Positions 10,331 to 19,563 are shown, counted from the first letter of the stretch. The stretch is 64,000 nucleotides of DNA from an uncultured Thermoanaerobaculia bacterium (GCA_964420405.1 CAYQTL010000005.1:8548-72547), one strand, 5' to 3'. Notes: generated by a model from the sequence alone, not told the origin. Numbers and translations are program-made.

Positions 10331-11121
10331 GGGTCCTCGACCCGCACCCGCCGGATCGCCGTCGCCCGGCCGGTGGTCTCGTCGGCGTCGACGATCGCCC
10401 CCCGCAGCTCGACGCCGCGCTTGGCGGTCTCGAAGGGACGTGGGGTGTTGTACAGGAAGCGCTCGAGGACCTTGTCGGGGCGCATGCCGATGACCGACTC
10501 GTAGGGTCCGGTCATGCCGACGTCGGTCTGCATCGCGGTGCCGTTCGGCAGGATCCGCTCGTCGGCGGTCGGGACGTGGGTGTGGGTCCCCAGCACCGCC
10601 GTCACCCGGCCGTCGAGGTACCAGCCCATCGCCTGCTTCTCCGACGTCGCCTCGGCGTGCATGTCCACCACCACCACCCGCACGTCGGGCTCGGCGCGGC
10701 GGATCTCGGCGAGCACGCGGTCCGCGACCCGGAAGGGGTTGTCGATCGGCGCCATCAGCGCCTGTCCCTGCAGGTTGAGAACCGCAACCGGCACGCCGCC
10801 CGCCGTGCGCTCGACGCACCAACCGCGCCCCGGGTTTCCTTCCGGGTAGTTGGCCGGGCGCAGCAGCGTCGGGTGGGCGTCGAGCAGCGGCACGCCTTCC
10901 TTCTTGTCCCAGATGTGGTTGCCGGAGGTCCAGACGTCGAACGGGAGCTCCTCGAGCTCGGCCAGGACCGACGCGGTGACGCCGAAGCCACCGGCCGCGT
11001 TCTCGACGTTGCCGACAACGAAGTCGACCCGCTCGCGGTCGACCAGGGGCTCGAGGTGGCGCCGCACCGCGGCCCGCCCGGCCGAGCCCATGATGTCGCC
11101 GACGAACAGGATGCGGATCAC
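10327..11121 (-). CDS. ymdB: YmdB-like metallophosphoesterase (TIGR00282 family)
   Basis: VIRILFVGDIMGSAGR...VVGNVENAAGGFG...GNHIWDKKE...DMHAEATSEK...GTHTHVPTADERI. GTG start overlapping the rny stop. rny-ymdB is the classical pairing. Confidence 0.9.
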   Translation of the reverse strand: MIRILFVGDIMGSAGRAAVRRHLEPLVDRERVDFVVGNVENAAGGFGVTASVLAELEELPFDVWTSGNHIWDKKEGVPLLDAHPTLLRPANYPEGNPGRGWCVERTAGGVPVAVLNLQGQALMAPIDNPFRVADRVLAEIRRAEPDVRVVVVDMHAEATSEKQAMGWYLDGRVTAVLGTHTHVPTADERILPNGTAMQTDVGMTGPYESVIGMRPDKVLERFLYNTPRPFETAKRGVELRGAIVDADETTGRATAIRRVRVEDP

Positions 11122-12707
11122 CTCGCGTACTCCACCGCGCGAGTCTCCCGGATCACCGTCACCCTGATCTGTCCGGGGTAGGTCAGCTCCGACTCGACCT
11201 TCTTGGCCACGTCGCGGGCGAGCCAGATCGCCGCCTCGTCCGTGATCCTCTCCGACTGCACGACGATCCTCAGCTCGCGTCCGGCCTGGATCGCGAACGC
11301 CTTCTCGACGCCGGTGAACTCCCCGGCGAGCGCCTCGAGCTTCTCGAGCCGCTTGATGTAGTTCTCCAGGATCTCGCGCCGCGCACCCGGCCGCGCCGCC
11401 GACAGGGCGTCGGCGGCGGTCACCAGGACCGCCTCCACCGAGTGCGGGTCGTAGTCGCCGTGGTGGCACTCCATGGCGTGGATCACGGCGTCGCTCTCGC
11501 CGTGGCGCCGCATCAGGTCGCGCCCCAGCTCGAGGTGGGTGCCGTCCATCTCGCGGTCGACCGCCTTGCCGATGTCGTGCAGCAGGCCGGCCCGCTTGGC
11601 CACCGCGGCGTCGGCGCCGAGCTCGGCGGCCATGTGGGCCGAGATCCACGCCACCTCGATCGAGTGCTTGAGTGCGTTCTGGCCGTAGGAGGAGCGGAAC
11701 TGCAGCCGACCGATCATCCTGAGCAGCTCCGGGTGGATGTCGGGGATGGCGACCTCGAGGGCCGCCGCCTCGCCGTCGGCGAGCAGCTTCTCCTCCATCT
11801 CGGCCTGGACCTTGGCGACCAGCTCCTCGATCCGGCCGGGATGGATACGTCCGTCCTGGATGAGGTTGACGAGCGCGAGCCGCGCGATCTCCCGCCGCAC
11901 CGGCTCGAAGCAGGACAAAATCACCGCCTCGGGCGTGTCGTCGACGATCAGGTCGACGCCCGTCGCCTGCTCGAAGGCACGGATGTTGCGGCCCTCGCGG
12001 CCGATGATCCGGCCCTTCATCTCGTCGGAGGGCAGGTCGACGACGGACACGGTGCTCTCCACGACGTGCTCCGACGCGATCCGCTGGATCGCCACCGAGA
12101 TCACCCGGCGCGCCTTCTCCTTCGCCTTCTCGATCGCCTCGTCCTCGATCCTCTTGACGAGGCTCGCCGCCTCCATCCGCGCCTCGTTCTCGATCGCCCG
12201 GATCAGCTCACCCTTTGCCTGCTCGCTGGTCAGCCCGGCCACCTGCTCGAGACGCGCTCGGTGCTCGCGCTCGGCATCCTCGAGCAGCGCCTCCCGCCGC
12301 TCGAACTCGCCGCGCCGTCGCTCGAGCTCCTCGTCCACCTCCCGGGCGGCGCGCTCTCGCTCGTCGATCGCCACCAGACGCTCGCCGAGCTGCTCCTGCT
12401 GCTCGACGATCCGTCGCTCGAGGCCGGCCAGCTCGAGCCGGTGCTCGCGGGTCTCCCGTTCGAACTCGGTACGCGCCGCGAGCAGCCGCTCGCGGGCCGC
12501 GATCTCGGTGTCCTTCTGGACGCGTTGGCCGTCGATCTCCGCCCGGGCGACGATCCGTCGCCCTTCCGCCTCGGCGTTGGCGATCAGACGGGCCGCGGCG
12601 GCGCGGCTGCGCCGCCACATGGCCCATACCGTCACGAGGCCGAGCACCGCGAAGGCCAGCAGGACGATACCTGCGATCAGCACGGTCACGATGCACCCCC
12701 TTGTCAA
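11118..12707 (-). CDS. rny: Ribonuclease Y
   Basis: N-terminal TM helix, long coiled coil, KH domain (IGREGRNIRAFEQATGVDLIVDD) and HD domain (LLHDIGKAVD...HH). The start could instead be a downstream GTG. Confidence 0.93.
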   Translation of the reverse strand: MTRGCIVTVLIAGIVLLAFAVLGLVTVWAMWRRSRAAAARLIANAEAEGRRIVARAEIDGQRVQKDTEIAARERLLAARTEFERETREHRLELAGLERRIVEQQEQLGERLVAIDERERAAREVDEELERRRGEFERREALLEDAEREHRARLEQVAGLTSEQAKGELIRAIENEARMEAASLVKRIEDEAIEKAKEKARRVISVAIQRIASEHVVESTVSVVDLPSDEMKGRIIGREGRNIRAFEQATGVDLIVDDTPEAVILSCFEPVRREIARLALVNLIQDGRIHPGRIEELVAKVQAEMEEKLLADGEAAALEVAIPDIHPELLRMIGRLQFRSSYGQNALKHSIEVAWISAHMAAELGADAAVAKRAGLLHDIGKAVDREMDGTHLELGRDLMRRHGESDAVIHAMECHHGDYDPHSVEAVLVTAADALSAARPGARREILENYIKRLEKLEALAGEFTGVEKAFAIQAGRELRIVVQSERITDEAAIWLARDVAKKVESELTYPGQIRVTVIRETRAVEYAR

Positions 12708-12763
12708 GGAGCGGCCAGGGTGACCGGCCCAGCAGCCTGTGGCTCGGAACGACCGGGGAAAGC

Positions 12764-12946
12764 GGAGGTCCCCACTGCAGCCGTGTGGGCAAGCCTATTT
12801 GAACCTGCGAAACCACAGGTGGGCGCCTGTCGCCAACCCGTCTCCCGCCCGTCGGGCAGGCGTCGGGGCTGACGAACCCGGCAACCCCTCAAATAGGTGT
12901 TGGTTCAACGATAGTATTACCCATCACCAACCGCGCAGGGACCTCC
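12764..12946 (-). ncRNA. ssrS: Candidate structured ncRNA, 6S RNA (ssrS)-like by size, fold and position downstream of zapA
   Basis: Nested long-range pairings: GGAGGTCCC (12764-12772) with GGGACCTCC (12938-12946), GTGTGGG (12783-12789) with CCCATCAC (12920-12927), and CCTATTTGA (12794-12802) with TCAAATAGG (12889-12897). An AT-rich unpaired segment lies at 12898-12919. Strand assigned from zapA synteny. No covariance model was run. Confidence 0.4.
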
Positions 12947-12956
12947 TTGACCTCGT

Positions 12957-13265
12957 TCATCCGTCGTCGACCCGTTCGGGACCCAAGGCCTCCTCGAGCT
13001 TCACGACGAGTCGTTCCGCCTTGTTCTCCAACTGCTTGAGCCGGACGTCCTGGTCCGTTTCACGTTCTTGAAACAGTTCGTCCGCGATGTTGAGAGCGGT
13101 CAAGACCGCGATCTTGACCGTGTCGACGCTGGAGCTCCGATCGGCCACCTCCCGCATCCGCAGGTCCACGAACCGTGCCAGCTCCTGCAGATGCGAGGCG
13201 TCGCCGTCGGATCGCAGCCCGAGCCGCTGACCGAAGATCTCGACGGTGGCTCGGACCATGGTCAC
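12957..13265 (-). CDS. zapA: Cell division protein ZapA
   Basis: VEIFGQRLGLRSDGDASHLQELARFVDLRMREV...IAVLTALNIADELF, the typical ZapA core. SD GAGGAGG lies upstream of the start. Confidence 0.85.
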   Translation of the reverse strand: MTMVRATVEIFGQRLGLRSDGDASHLQELARFVDLRMREVADRSSSVDTVKIAVLTALNIADELFQERETDQDVRLKQLENKAERLVVKLEEALGPERVDDG

Positions 13266-13381
13266 TCGAATCCTCCTCGTGCCGAGTATACCGCAGGACC
13301 AGCCTCCGGCATATCGGACGCAGACGCGATCTCAGGTGCCCGCGGGGCCTTGACGGCAACGTCACGAGCCCCGGCGCACGG

Positions 13382-13654
13382 TCAGTCGACGGACCCGGCC
13401 TCGTCGGGCCCACCGATCCCGCGCAGGGCGTCGTCGACCAGACCCAGCACACCCTCGAGACGATCGGCGAGCCGGTCGCGATCGGCCTCCAGCTCGGAGG
13501 CCCGCCGGGCGAGGTCGCCGTCGGCGGCCGCCCGCTCCTCCAGCTCGGCGACCTGCGCCTCCAGCTCCGTCACCCGCGCGGTGGACTGGCGGTACGCCGA
13601 CACCAGCTCCTCGACCCTCGACTCCAGCCGCTTCAGCACCGAGTCCATGCTCAT
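13382..13654 (-). CDS. zapB: ZapB-like coiled-coil cell division protein
   Basis: 90-aa all-helical heptad protein (LKRLESRVEELVSAYRQ...ELEAQVAELEE) immediately upstream of zapA. Confidence 0.65.
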   Translation of the reverse strand: MSMDSVLKRLESRVEELVSAYRQSTARVTELEAQVAELEERAAADGDLARRASELEADRDRLADRLEGVLGLVDDALRGIGGPDEAGSVD

Positions 13655-13730
13655 CGCTCCTCCCGGTCCGCGCCGGCTCTCGGCGCCGCACCGCCATCGC
13701 TCGCGGAGGCCGAGGCTCCGCGGCGACCGG

Positions 13731-15770
13731 TCATATCAGCGTCACTGCGAGGCGTTCGACCAGCGCCGACCGCAGCATCTCCTGCCACCGGTTGACCTCG
13801 TCCTGGGTCAGCGACCGCTCCGGATCGCGGTAGCGCAGCCGGAAGGTGCTGCGGACTCGGCCGGTGGCGACGCCCTCGCCGTCGAACCTGTCCCTCAGCC
13901 AGATCCGCTCGACCCGACGGTCGGCGAGCGCGCGCAGGGTGTCCTCGAGGGTCGCGTAGGCGAGGTCGACGGCGTGCTCGACGGTGAGGTCGACGGTCAC
14001 GGCCGGATGCCGCGGCAGGGCGGCGAACCGCGGCAGCGCCCGATCGGCGGCCCGGTCCAGGACGAGCTCGGCCAGATAGACGGGCTGCCGCAGTCCCCAG
14101 CGCTCGGCGACGCTCGCCGCCAGCAGCCCGGCCAGGCCGACCGCCGAGCCGTCCCGGCCGTCCAGCACCGCTCCTTCACCCTCGTCCAGCCACGGCGCGC
14201 CGCCCCGGCGCCACCGGAGCGGGCCGCAGCCGGCGGCGTCGGCGACCGCCACGACGCGGCCCTTGAGACCGCGGAAGTCGGACGCCGGCTCGAGCCAGCC
14301 GCTGCTCGCCCCGGCCATCACCACGGCCAGCCGCTCGCCTTCGGCCGGGACACCGTCATGGCTGCGGCGGAACACCCGGCCGACCTCGAACGCGGCGACG
14401 GTCTCCTCACCCTGGTTGAGGGTGTCGCGGGTCGCGGCCACCAGTCCCGGCAGCAGCGACCGCCGCATGGTGGACTGGGTGCGGGTGAGGGGGTTGTCGA
14501 GGCGCAGCGGCTCGCCCACCGGCCACGGCAGCTCCTCGGCCGTGCGGTCGTCGTCGGCGGCGATGAACGAGTAGGTCATCACCTCGACCAGGCCGGCGGC
14601 GACGGCGGCGTCGCGCGCCCGGTCGCTGCGGCGCCAGCTCGGGTGGCGGCGGCCCGGCGAGGTCGACAGGACCGGCAGCCGCGCCGGGATGCGCCCGTAG
14701 CCCACGTGCCGCAGCACCTCCTCGTACAGGTCGGCGGCCCGCTCGACGTCGACCCGGTGGGTCGGTACCGTGCAGCGGACGGCGTCGCCGTTCGCGACCG
14801 GAGCGAACCCGAGGCCCGCCAGGATCCGGAGGACCTCGTCGGGTTCGAGGTCGAGCCCGGCGAACGCCGCCAGCGCCGCCAGCGACAGCCCGACCCCGGC
14901 CGGCGGCCGCGGATCCGGGTACACGTCGATCCGGCCGCGGCACACGTGCCCGCCGGCGATCTCGGCGATCATCGCGGCGGCGAGGTCGATCGCCACCGGC
15001 GGCAGCTCCGGGTCGGCGCCGCGCTCGAAACGGTGCGACGCCTCGGTGTGCATCCCGAGCCGCCGCGCCGCTCGTCGCACGGTGACCGGATCGAAGCTCG
15101 CGGCCTCCAGGAGCACGTCGGCGGTCTGGTCGCCGATCTCGGTGGAGGCACCCCCCATCACGCCGGCAAGTCCCACGGGCCCGTCATCGTCGGCGATCAC
15201 GAGCATGCCCGGGTCGAGCTCGCGGGTCTCGCCGTCGAGCGTCTCCACGTGCTCGCCCTGCCGCGCCATCCGCGCCACCAGCCGAGGCCCGGCGACCCGC
15301 GCGAGGTCGTAGGCGTGCAACGGCTGCCCGAGGGTCAGCATGACGTAGTTGGTGACGTCGACCACCGCTCCGACCGGCCGCACGCCACACCGCTCGAGCC
15401 GCTCCCGCAGCCACGCCGGGGACGGGCCCGTCGTCACGCCGCGGACGACGCGGCCGCAGAACCTGTGGCACGCCGCCGGCGCGTCGATTCCGATCCCGAC
15501 CACGTCGAGCGTCGGCTTCTGCGCCTCGTCGAGCACGACCTCGAGCGGCGCCAGGCGCGCCCCGGTGGCCACCGCCGCTTCGCGGGCCAGGCCGCGGTGG
15601 TTCATCGCGTCGGGACGGTTGGTGGTCACGTCCACGTCCCACACCTCGGACGCTCCCGCGGGCTCGCGGACCTCCACCAGCAGCCCGCACCCCGTCAAGC
15701 CCGCCGCCAGCGCGTCGGCGTCGGGCGCGTCCTCGAGCTGGTCGCGCAGCCACTCCAGGTCGAACCTCAT
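13731..15770 (-). CDS. pheT: Phenylalanine--tRNA ligase beta subunit (short form lacking the N-terminal OB/tRNA-binding B2 domain)
   Basis: MRFDLEWLRDQL...TTNRPDAMNHRGLAREAA...VVDVTNYVMLTLGQPLHAYD...GVMGG... The ATG overlaps the pheS stop (ATGA). 679 aa. Confidence 0.92.
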   Translation of the reverse strand: MRFDLEWLRDQLEDAPDADALAAGLTGCGLLVEVREPAGASEVWDVDVTTNRPDAMNHRGLAREAAVATGARLAPLEVVLDEAQKPTLDVVGIGIDAPAACHRFCGRVVRGVTTGPSPAWLRERLERCGVRPVGAVVDVTNYVMLTLGQPLHAYDLARVAGPRLVARMARQGEHVETLDGETRELDPGMLVIADDDGPVGLAGVMGGASTEIGDQTADVLLEAASFDPVTVRRAARRLGMHTEASHRFERGADPELPPVAIDLAAAMIAEIAGGHVCRGRIDVYPDPRPPAGVGLSLAALAAFAGLDLEPDEVLRILAGLGFAPVANGDAVRCTVPTHRVDVERAADLYEEVLRHVGYGRIPARLPVLSTSPGRRHPSWRRSDRARDAAVAAGLVEVMTYSFIAADDDRTAEELPWPVGEPLRLDNPLTRTQSTMRRSLLPGLVAATRDTLNQGEETVAAFEVGRVFRRSHDGVPAEGERLAVVMAGASSGWLEPASDFRGLKGRVVAVADAAGCGPLRWRRGGAPWLDEGEGAVLDGRDGSAVGLAGLLAASVAERWGLRQPVYLAELVLDRAADRALPRFAALPRHPAVTVDLTVEHAVDLAYATLEDTLRALADRRVERIWLRDRFDGEGVATGRVRSTFRLRYRDPERSLTQDEVNRWQEMLRSALVERLAVTLI

Positions 15771-16786
15771 CGGAACTGCCCCGACAGCCGCGGATCGCCG
15801 TTGAACATCAGCCTCAGGTCGGGGATGCCGTACAGCAGCATGGCGAAGCGGTCGAGGCCGAGCCCGAACGCGAACCCGGTGTATCGCCCGGGGTCGATGC
15901 CGACCGCCTCGAACACCCGCGGGTCCACCATGCCGGCGCCGAGGACCTCGATCCAGCCCGACCGGGAGCACGCCCCACAGCCGCCGCCGTGACAGAAGAT
16001 GCAGGTGATGTCGACCTCGGCCGAGGGCTCCGTGAACGGGAAGTAGCTCGGCCGCAGCCGGATCTCGACCCCGTGCTCGGCGAACAGCGCCCGCAGGAAG
16101 GTCTCCAGCGTCGCCTTGAGGTGGCCGAAGGTGATCCCCTCGTCCACCAGGAGACCCTCGATCTGGTGGAACATGGGCGAGTGACGCAGGTCCGAGTCCC
16201 GGCGGTAGACCCGGCCCGGGACGACGATCCGGATCGGCGGCGTCCGCGCCTCCATCACCCGCGCCTGCACGGGCGAGGTGTGGGTCCGCAGCAGGTGCCC
16301 ACCTTCGAGGTAGAAGGTGTCCTGGTCGTCCCGCGCCGGATGGTCGGGCGGGATGTTGAGGGCCTCGAAGTTGTGCCAGTCATCCTCGGCCTCTGGCCCG
16401 TCCTCGACGTCGTAGCCCATGCGCAGGAAGATCTCCTCGATCCGCCGCCGCACGAGGTGGATCGGGTGGAGGGCGCCGCGCGGCACCGGCGCTCCGGGCA
16501 GGGTGACGTCCACCCGCCGGCGGGCGCGCGCCGCCTCGTCGGCGCCGGCACGGGCCGCCTCCAGCCGCTCCTCGACGAGCTTCTTGAGGCGGTTGAGCTC
16601 CTGCCCGTAGTCGCGCCGCTGCGGCGGCGGCAGGTCCCGCAGCGCCGCCGCCAGCTCCTGCAGCAGCCCGGAGCGACGACCGGCGTAGCGGACCCGCACG
16701 CGCTCGACGGCGTCCGGGTCGCCCGCCGCAGCCTCGAGCTCGGACAGGAACGCCTGCCGCGCCTCCGCGAGGCGCTCGACGCCCAT
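15767..16786 (-). CDS. pheS: Phenylalanine--tRNA ligase alpha subunit
   Basis: HPARDDQDTFY, FRPSYFPFTEPSAEVD and GAGMVDPRVF motifs. 339 aa. Confidence 0.96.
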   Translation of the reverse strand: MGVERLAEARQAFLSELEAAAGDPDAVERVRVRYAGRRSGLLQELAAALRDLPPPQRRDYGQELNRLKKLVEERLEAARAGADEAARARRRVDVTLPGAPVPRGALHPIHLVRRRIEEIFLRMGYDVEDGPEAEDDWHNFEALNIPPDHPARDDQDTFYLEGGHLLRTHTSPVQARVMEARTPPIRIVVPGRVYRRDSDLRHSPMFHQIEGLLVDEGITFGHLKATLETFLRALFAEHGVEIRLRPSYFPFTEPSAEVDITCIFCHGGGCGACSRSGWIEVLGAGMVDPRVFEAVGIDPGRYTGFAFGLGLDRFAMLLYGIPDLRLMFNGDPRLSGQFR

Positions 16787-16793
16787 GGCGGGC

Positions 16794-17147
16794 TCAGCTC
16801 CCGGTCTGACGGGACATCTCGACCAGCTGGGAGAACGCCTGCGGGTCGCGCACCGCGAGGTCGGCCAGGACCTTGCGGTCGAGCTCGCAGCCGGCGTGCT
16901 TCAGCCCGCTGACCAGCGCGCTGTAGGTGGTGCCGTTCTGACGGGCGGCGGCATTGATGCGCGCGATCCACAGCGAGCGGAACTGGCGCTTGCGCTGCTT
17001 GCGGTCGCGGTAGGCGTACTGCAGGGACTTCTCCACCTGCAGCTTCGCCACCCGGTGCATGCGTGACTTGCCGCCGAAGTAGCCTTCGGCCAGCCTGAGG
17101 ATCTTCTTGCGACGGTCCTTGCGGTGCGTTCCGCGCTTGACTCGCAT
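16794..17147 (-). CDS. rplT: 50S ribosomal protein L20
   Basis: [29 protein letters not shown]...[16 protein letters not shown]. Confidence 0.97.
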   Translation of the reverse strand: MRVKRGTHRKDRRKKILRLAEGYFGGKSRMHRVAKLQVEKSLQYAYRDRKQRKRQFRSLWIARINAAARQNGTTYSALVSGLKHAGCELDRKVLADLAVRDPQAFSQLVEMSRQTGS

Positions 17148-17157
17148 CTCCGGCTCC

Positions 17158-17349
17158 TTACTGCAGCATCCGGTCGAGCACCTTGGCGTCGGCCGGCGAC
17201 ACGATCACCGCCTTGCGCAGACGGCGCTTCCGCTTGCGGCTCTTCTTCTGCAAGATGTGTGAATGATAGGCCTGGTGGCGCTTGAGCTTGCCCCCGCCCG
17301 TGCGCTTGACGCGCTTGGCGGCGCCGCGGTGCGTCTTCAACTTGGGCAT
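17158..17349 (-). CDS. rpmI: 50S ribosomal protein L35
   Basis: [43 protein letters not shown] upstream. ATG 17349 chosen within ORF 17158..17415. Confidence 0.95.
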   Translation of the reverse strand: MPKLKTHRGAAKRVKRTGGGKLKRHQAYHSHILQKKSRKRKRRLRKAVIVSPADAKVLDRMLQ

Positions 17350-17368
17350 GACATCCCCTTCCTGTCGG

Positions 17369-19309
17369 TTACGGCTCGATGGCGCGCGTCGCCACCGCGT
17401 GGGCGATCCGCTCACGGACGGCGTCGAGCGCGTGCACTCCCTCGTCCCGCCGGTGGCGCAGCCGGAGCGCCACCGTGCGGTCGTCGGCCTCCCGCTGGCC
17501 CACCACCAGCAGGTACGGCACCTTCATCGTCTCTCCCTCGCGGATCTTGTAGCCGAGCTTCTCCGAGCGCGCGTCCACCTCGGCCCGGATGCCGTGCGCC
17601 CGCAGCGCCGCCGCGACCTCCTGGGCGTACTCGAGCACGCCGTCGGTGATCGGCAGCACCCGCGCCTGCTCGGGCGCCAGCCACGGTGGCAGGTCGCCGG
17701 CAAAGTGCTCGAGCATGACCCCGTAGAACCGCTCGATGGAGCCGAGGATGGCGCGATGGATCATCACCGGCCGCTTGTCGGCGCCGTCGGAGTCGACGTA
17801 GCTGAGGTCGAACCGCTCGGGCAGGTTGAAGTCGAGCTGGATGGTGGCGAGCTGCCACCGCCGGCCGAGGGCGTCGGACACCTCGAAGTCGATCTTCGGG
17901 CCGTAGAACGCTCCGTCTCCCTCGTGCACCTCGTAGCCGACGCCGCGCCGGTCGAGGCACTCGCGCAGCACGCTCTCGGCGTGGTCCCAGATCGCCCGCT
18001 CGCCGATCGCCTTCTCCGGTCGCGTCGACAGGTTGATCGCCACGTCGGCGAAGCCGAACAGGCCGTAGATCTCGAACACGAACTCGAACAGCGCGTCGAT
18101 CTCGGGGCCGATCTGCTGAGGCGTGCAGAAGATGTGGGCGTCGTCCTGGGAGAACGTCCGCACCCGCGTCAACCCGGTGACGACGCCCGAGCGCTCGTAG
18201 CGGTGCAGCCGCCCGAAGTCGGCGACCCGCCGCGGCAGGTCGCGGTAGGAGTGGGCGCCCGAGGCGTACAGCAGGCAGTGGGACGGGCAGTTCATCGGCT
18301 TGACGCTGAACGTCCGCTCGCCCGCGTCCTCGAAGCTGTCGGCGAAGAACATGTCGTCGCGGTAGTTCTCGTAGTGGCCCGAGCGCCGCCACAGCGAGAC
18401 GTCGAAAACCTGCGGCGTGATGACCTCGTCGTAGCCGTAGCGGCGATACTTCTCCCGCATCAGGTCGACCAGCGCGTTGTAGACGATCGCGCCCCGCGGG
18501 TGGAAGAACGGGCTCGCCGGCGCCTCCGGGTGGAAGCTGAACAGGTCCAGCTCCTTGCCGAGACGGCGGTGGTCGCGGCGGCGCAGCTCCTCGAGGCGCT
18601 CGAAGTACGCCTCCAGCTCCTTCCGGCTCGCGAATGCGGTGCCGTAGATCCGCTGCAGCATCTCGTTGCGCTCGTCGCCCTTGAAGTAGGCGCCCGACGC
18701 CTCGAGCAGCCGCACCGCACCGATCTGGCCGGTGCGCTGGACGTGGGGCCCGCGGCACAGGTCGACGAAGTCGCCGTGGCGGTACAGGCTGATCGTCTCG
18801 CCCTCGGGGATGTCCTCGAGACGTACCAGCTTGATGTCCTCGCCGCGCTCCCGCATCAGCTCGGCGACCTCGTCGCGGCCCGTCTCGACCCGCTCGAACG
18901 GCAGGTCCTCGGCGATGATCTCCTCCATCGCCCGCTCGATCCGCTCGAAGTCCTCGGGCGTGAACCCCCGCGGGAACCGGAAGTCGTACTGGAACTTCTC
19001 CGCGTGGTCCTGGCGGCCGGCGTCGATCGGGGTGCCCTTCCACAGCCGCTTGACGGCGTCGGCCAGCACGTGCTCGGCCGAGTGGCGGATGACCTCGCCC
19101 GCCTCCGGGTCGTCGACGGTGACGATCCGCACGTCGGTGTCGGACTCGAGGCGCGTACGCAGGTCCACCAGCCGGCCGTCGACCACGGCCGCCACGGTGT
19201 CGCGTGCGAGGCGCGGACCGATCGACCGCGCCACCTCGAGCACGCTGCTGCCGCGCGTCACCTCGCGCGTGCTCCCGTCGGGCAGCGTCACCCGGATCGT
19301 GTCGCTCAT
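17369..19309 (-). CDS. thrS: Threonine--tRNA ligase
   Basis: TGS domain start [17 protein letters not shown], then [11 protein letters not shown], class II core ([21 protein letters not shown]) and the anticodon-binding domain. 646 aa. Confidence 0.96.
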   Translation of the reverse strand: MSDTIRVTLPDGSTREVTRGSSVLEVARSIGPRLARDTVAAVVDGRLVDLRTRLESDTDVRIVTVDDPEAGEVIRHSAEHVLADAVKRLWKGTPIDAGRQDHAEKFQYDFRFPRGFTPEDFERIERAMEEIIAEDLPFERVETGRDEVAELMRERGEDIKLVRLEDIPEGETISLYRHGDFVDLCRGPHVQRTGQIGAVRLLEASGAYFKGDERNEMLQRIYGTAFASRKELEAYFERLEELRRRDHRRLGKELDLFSFHPEAPASPFFHPRGAIVYNALVDLMREKYRRYGYDEVITPQVFDVSLWRRSGHYENYRDDMFFADSFEDAGERTFSVKPMNCPSHCLLYASGAHSYRDLPRRVADFGRLHRYERSGVVTGLTRVRTFSQDDAHIFCTPQQIGPEIDALFEFVFEIYGLFGFADVAINLSTRPEKAIGERAIWDHAESVLRECLDRRGVGYEVHEGDGAFYGPKIDFEVSDALGRRWQLATIQLDFNLPERFDLSYVDSDGADKRPVMIHRAILGSIERFYGVMLEHFAGDLPPWLAPEQARVLPITDGVLEYAQEVAAALRAHGIRAEVDARSEKLGYKIREGETMKVPYLLVVGQREADDRTVALRLRHRRDEGVHALDAVRERIAHAVATRAIEP

Positions 19310-19329
19310 CGTCCTCTCCGTCTCACATG

Positions 19330-19355
19330 AAAACGCCCGACCACGGGGGTCGGGC
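19330..19355 (-). terminator. Intrinsic terminator-like hairpin after the tRNA-Val pair, about 20 nt upstream of the thrS start
   Basis: Minus strand reads GCCCGACC-CCCGU-GGUCGGGC followed by GUUUUCAUG. 8-bp GC stem plus U4. Confidence 0.6.
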
Positions 19356-19393
19356 CTCTGCGTCACTGCGGCCTGGTCACTGCGCCCTGGGGC

Positions 19394-19470
19394 TGGTAGG
19401 CGCGATCGGACTCGAACCGATGACCTCATCCGTGTGAGGGATGCGCTCTAACCAACTGAGCTACGCGCCT
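19394..19470 (-). tRNA. tRNA-Val (anticodon CAC)
   Basis: Manual cloverleaf: AGGCGCG-UA-GCUC..GAGC-G-CAUCC-CUCACAC-GGAUG-AGGUC-AUCGG-UUCGAGU-CCGAU-CGCGCCU-A-CCA. All 7 acceptor pairs are Watson-Crick and CCA is encoded. Confidence 0.93.
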
Positions 19471-19486
19471 GCAGTGAACGGCGAAT

Positions 19487-19563
19487 TGGTAGGCGCGAGC
19501 GGAATCGAACCGCTGACCTCTACCGTGTCAAGGTAGCACTCTAACCAGCTGAGCTACGCGCCT
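19487..19563 (-). tRNA. tRNA-Val (anticodon GAC)
   Basis: AGGCGCG-UA-GCUC..GAGU-G-CUACC-UUGACAC-GGUAG-AGGUC-AGCGG-UUCGAUU-CCGCU-CGCGCCU-A-CCA. Confidence 0.93.

Noticed and set aside
19310-19393. T-box riboswitch upstream of thrS (CCCCGTGGTCGGGCG vaguely resembles the T-box GGGTGGTACCGCG)
   Set aside because: The leader is only about 84 nt between the tRNA 3-prime end and the ATG, far too short for stem I, the specifier loop and an antiterminator. The similarity is limited to the terminator stem.
19394-19563. Genomic island or integrated element next to the tRNA-Val or tRNA-Ser (45615-45819) genes
   Set aside because: No integrase, recombinase, direct repeat of a tRNA 3-prime end or compositional shift is evident. 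The flanking genes are housekeeping genes (thrS, tadA, glycosyltransferases).
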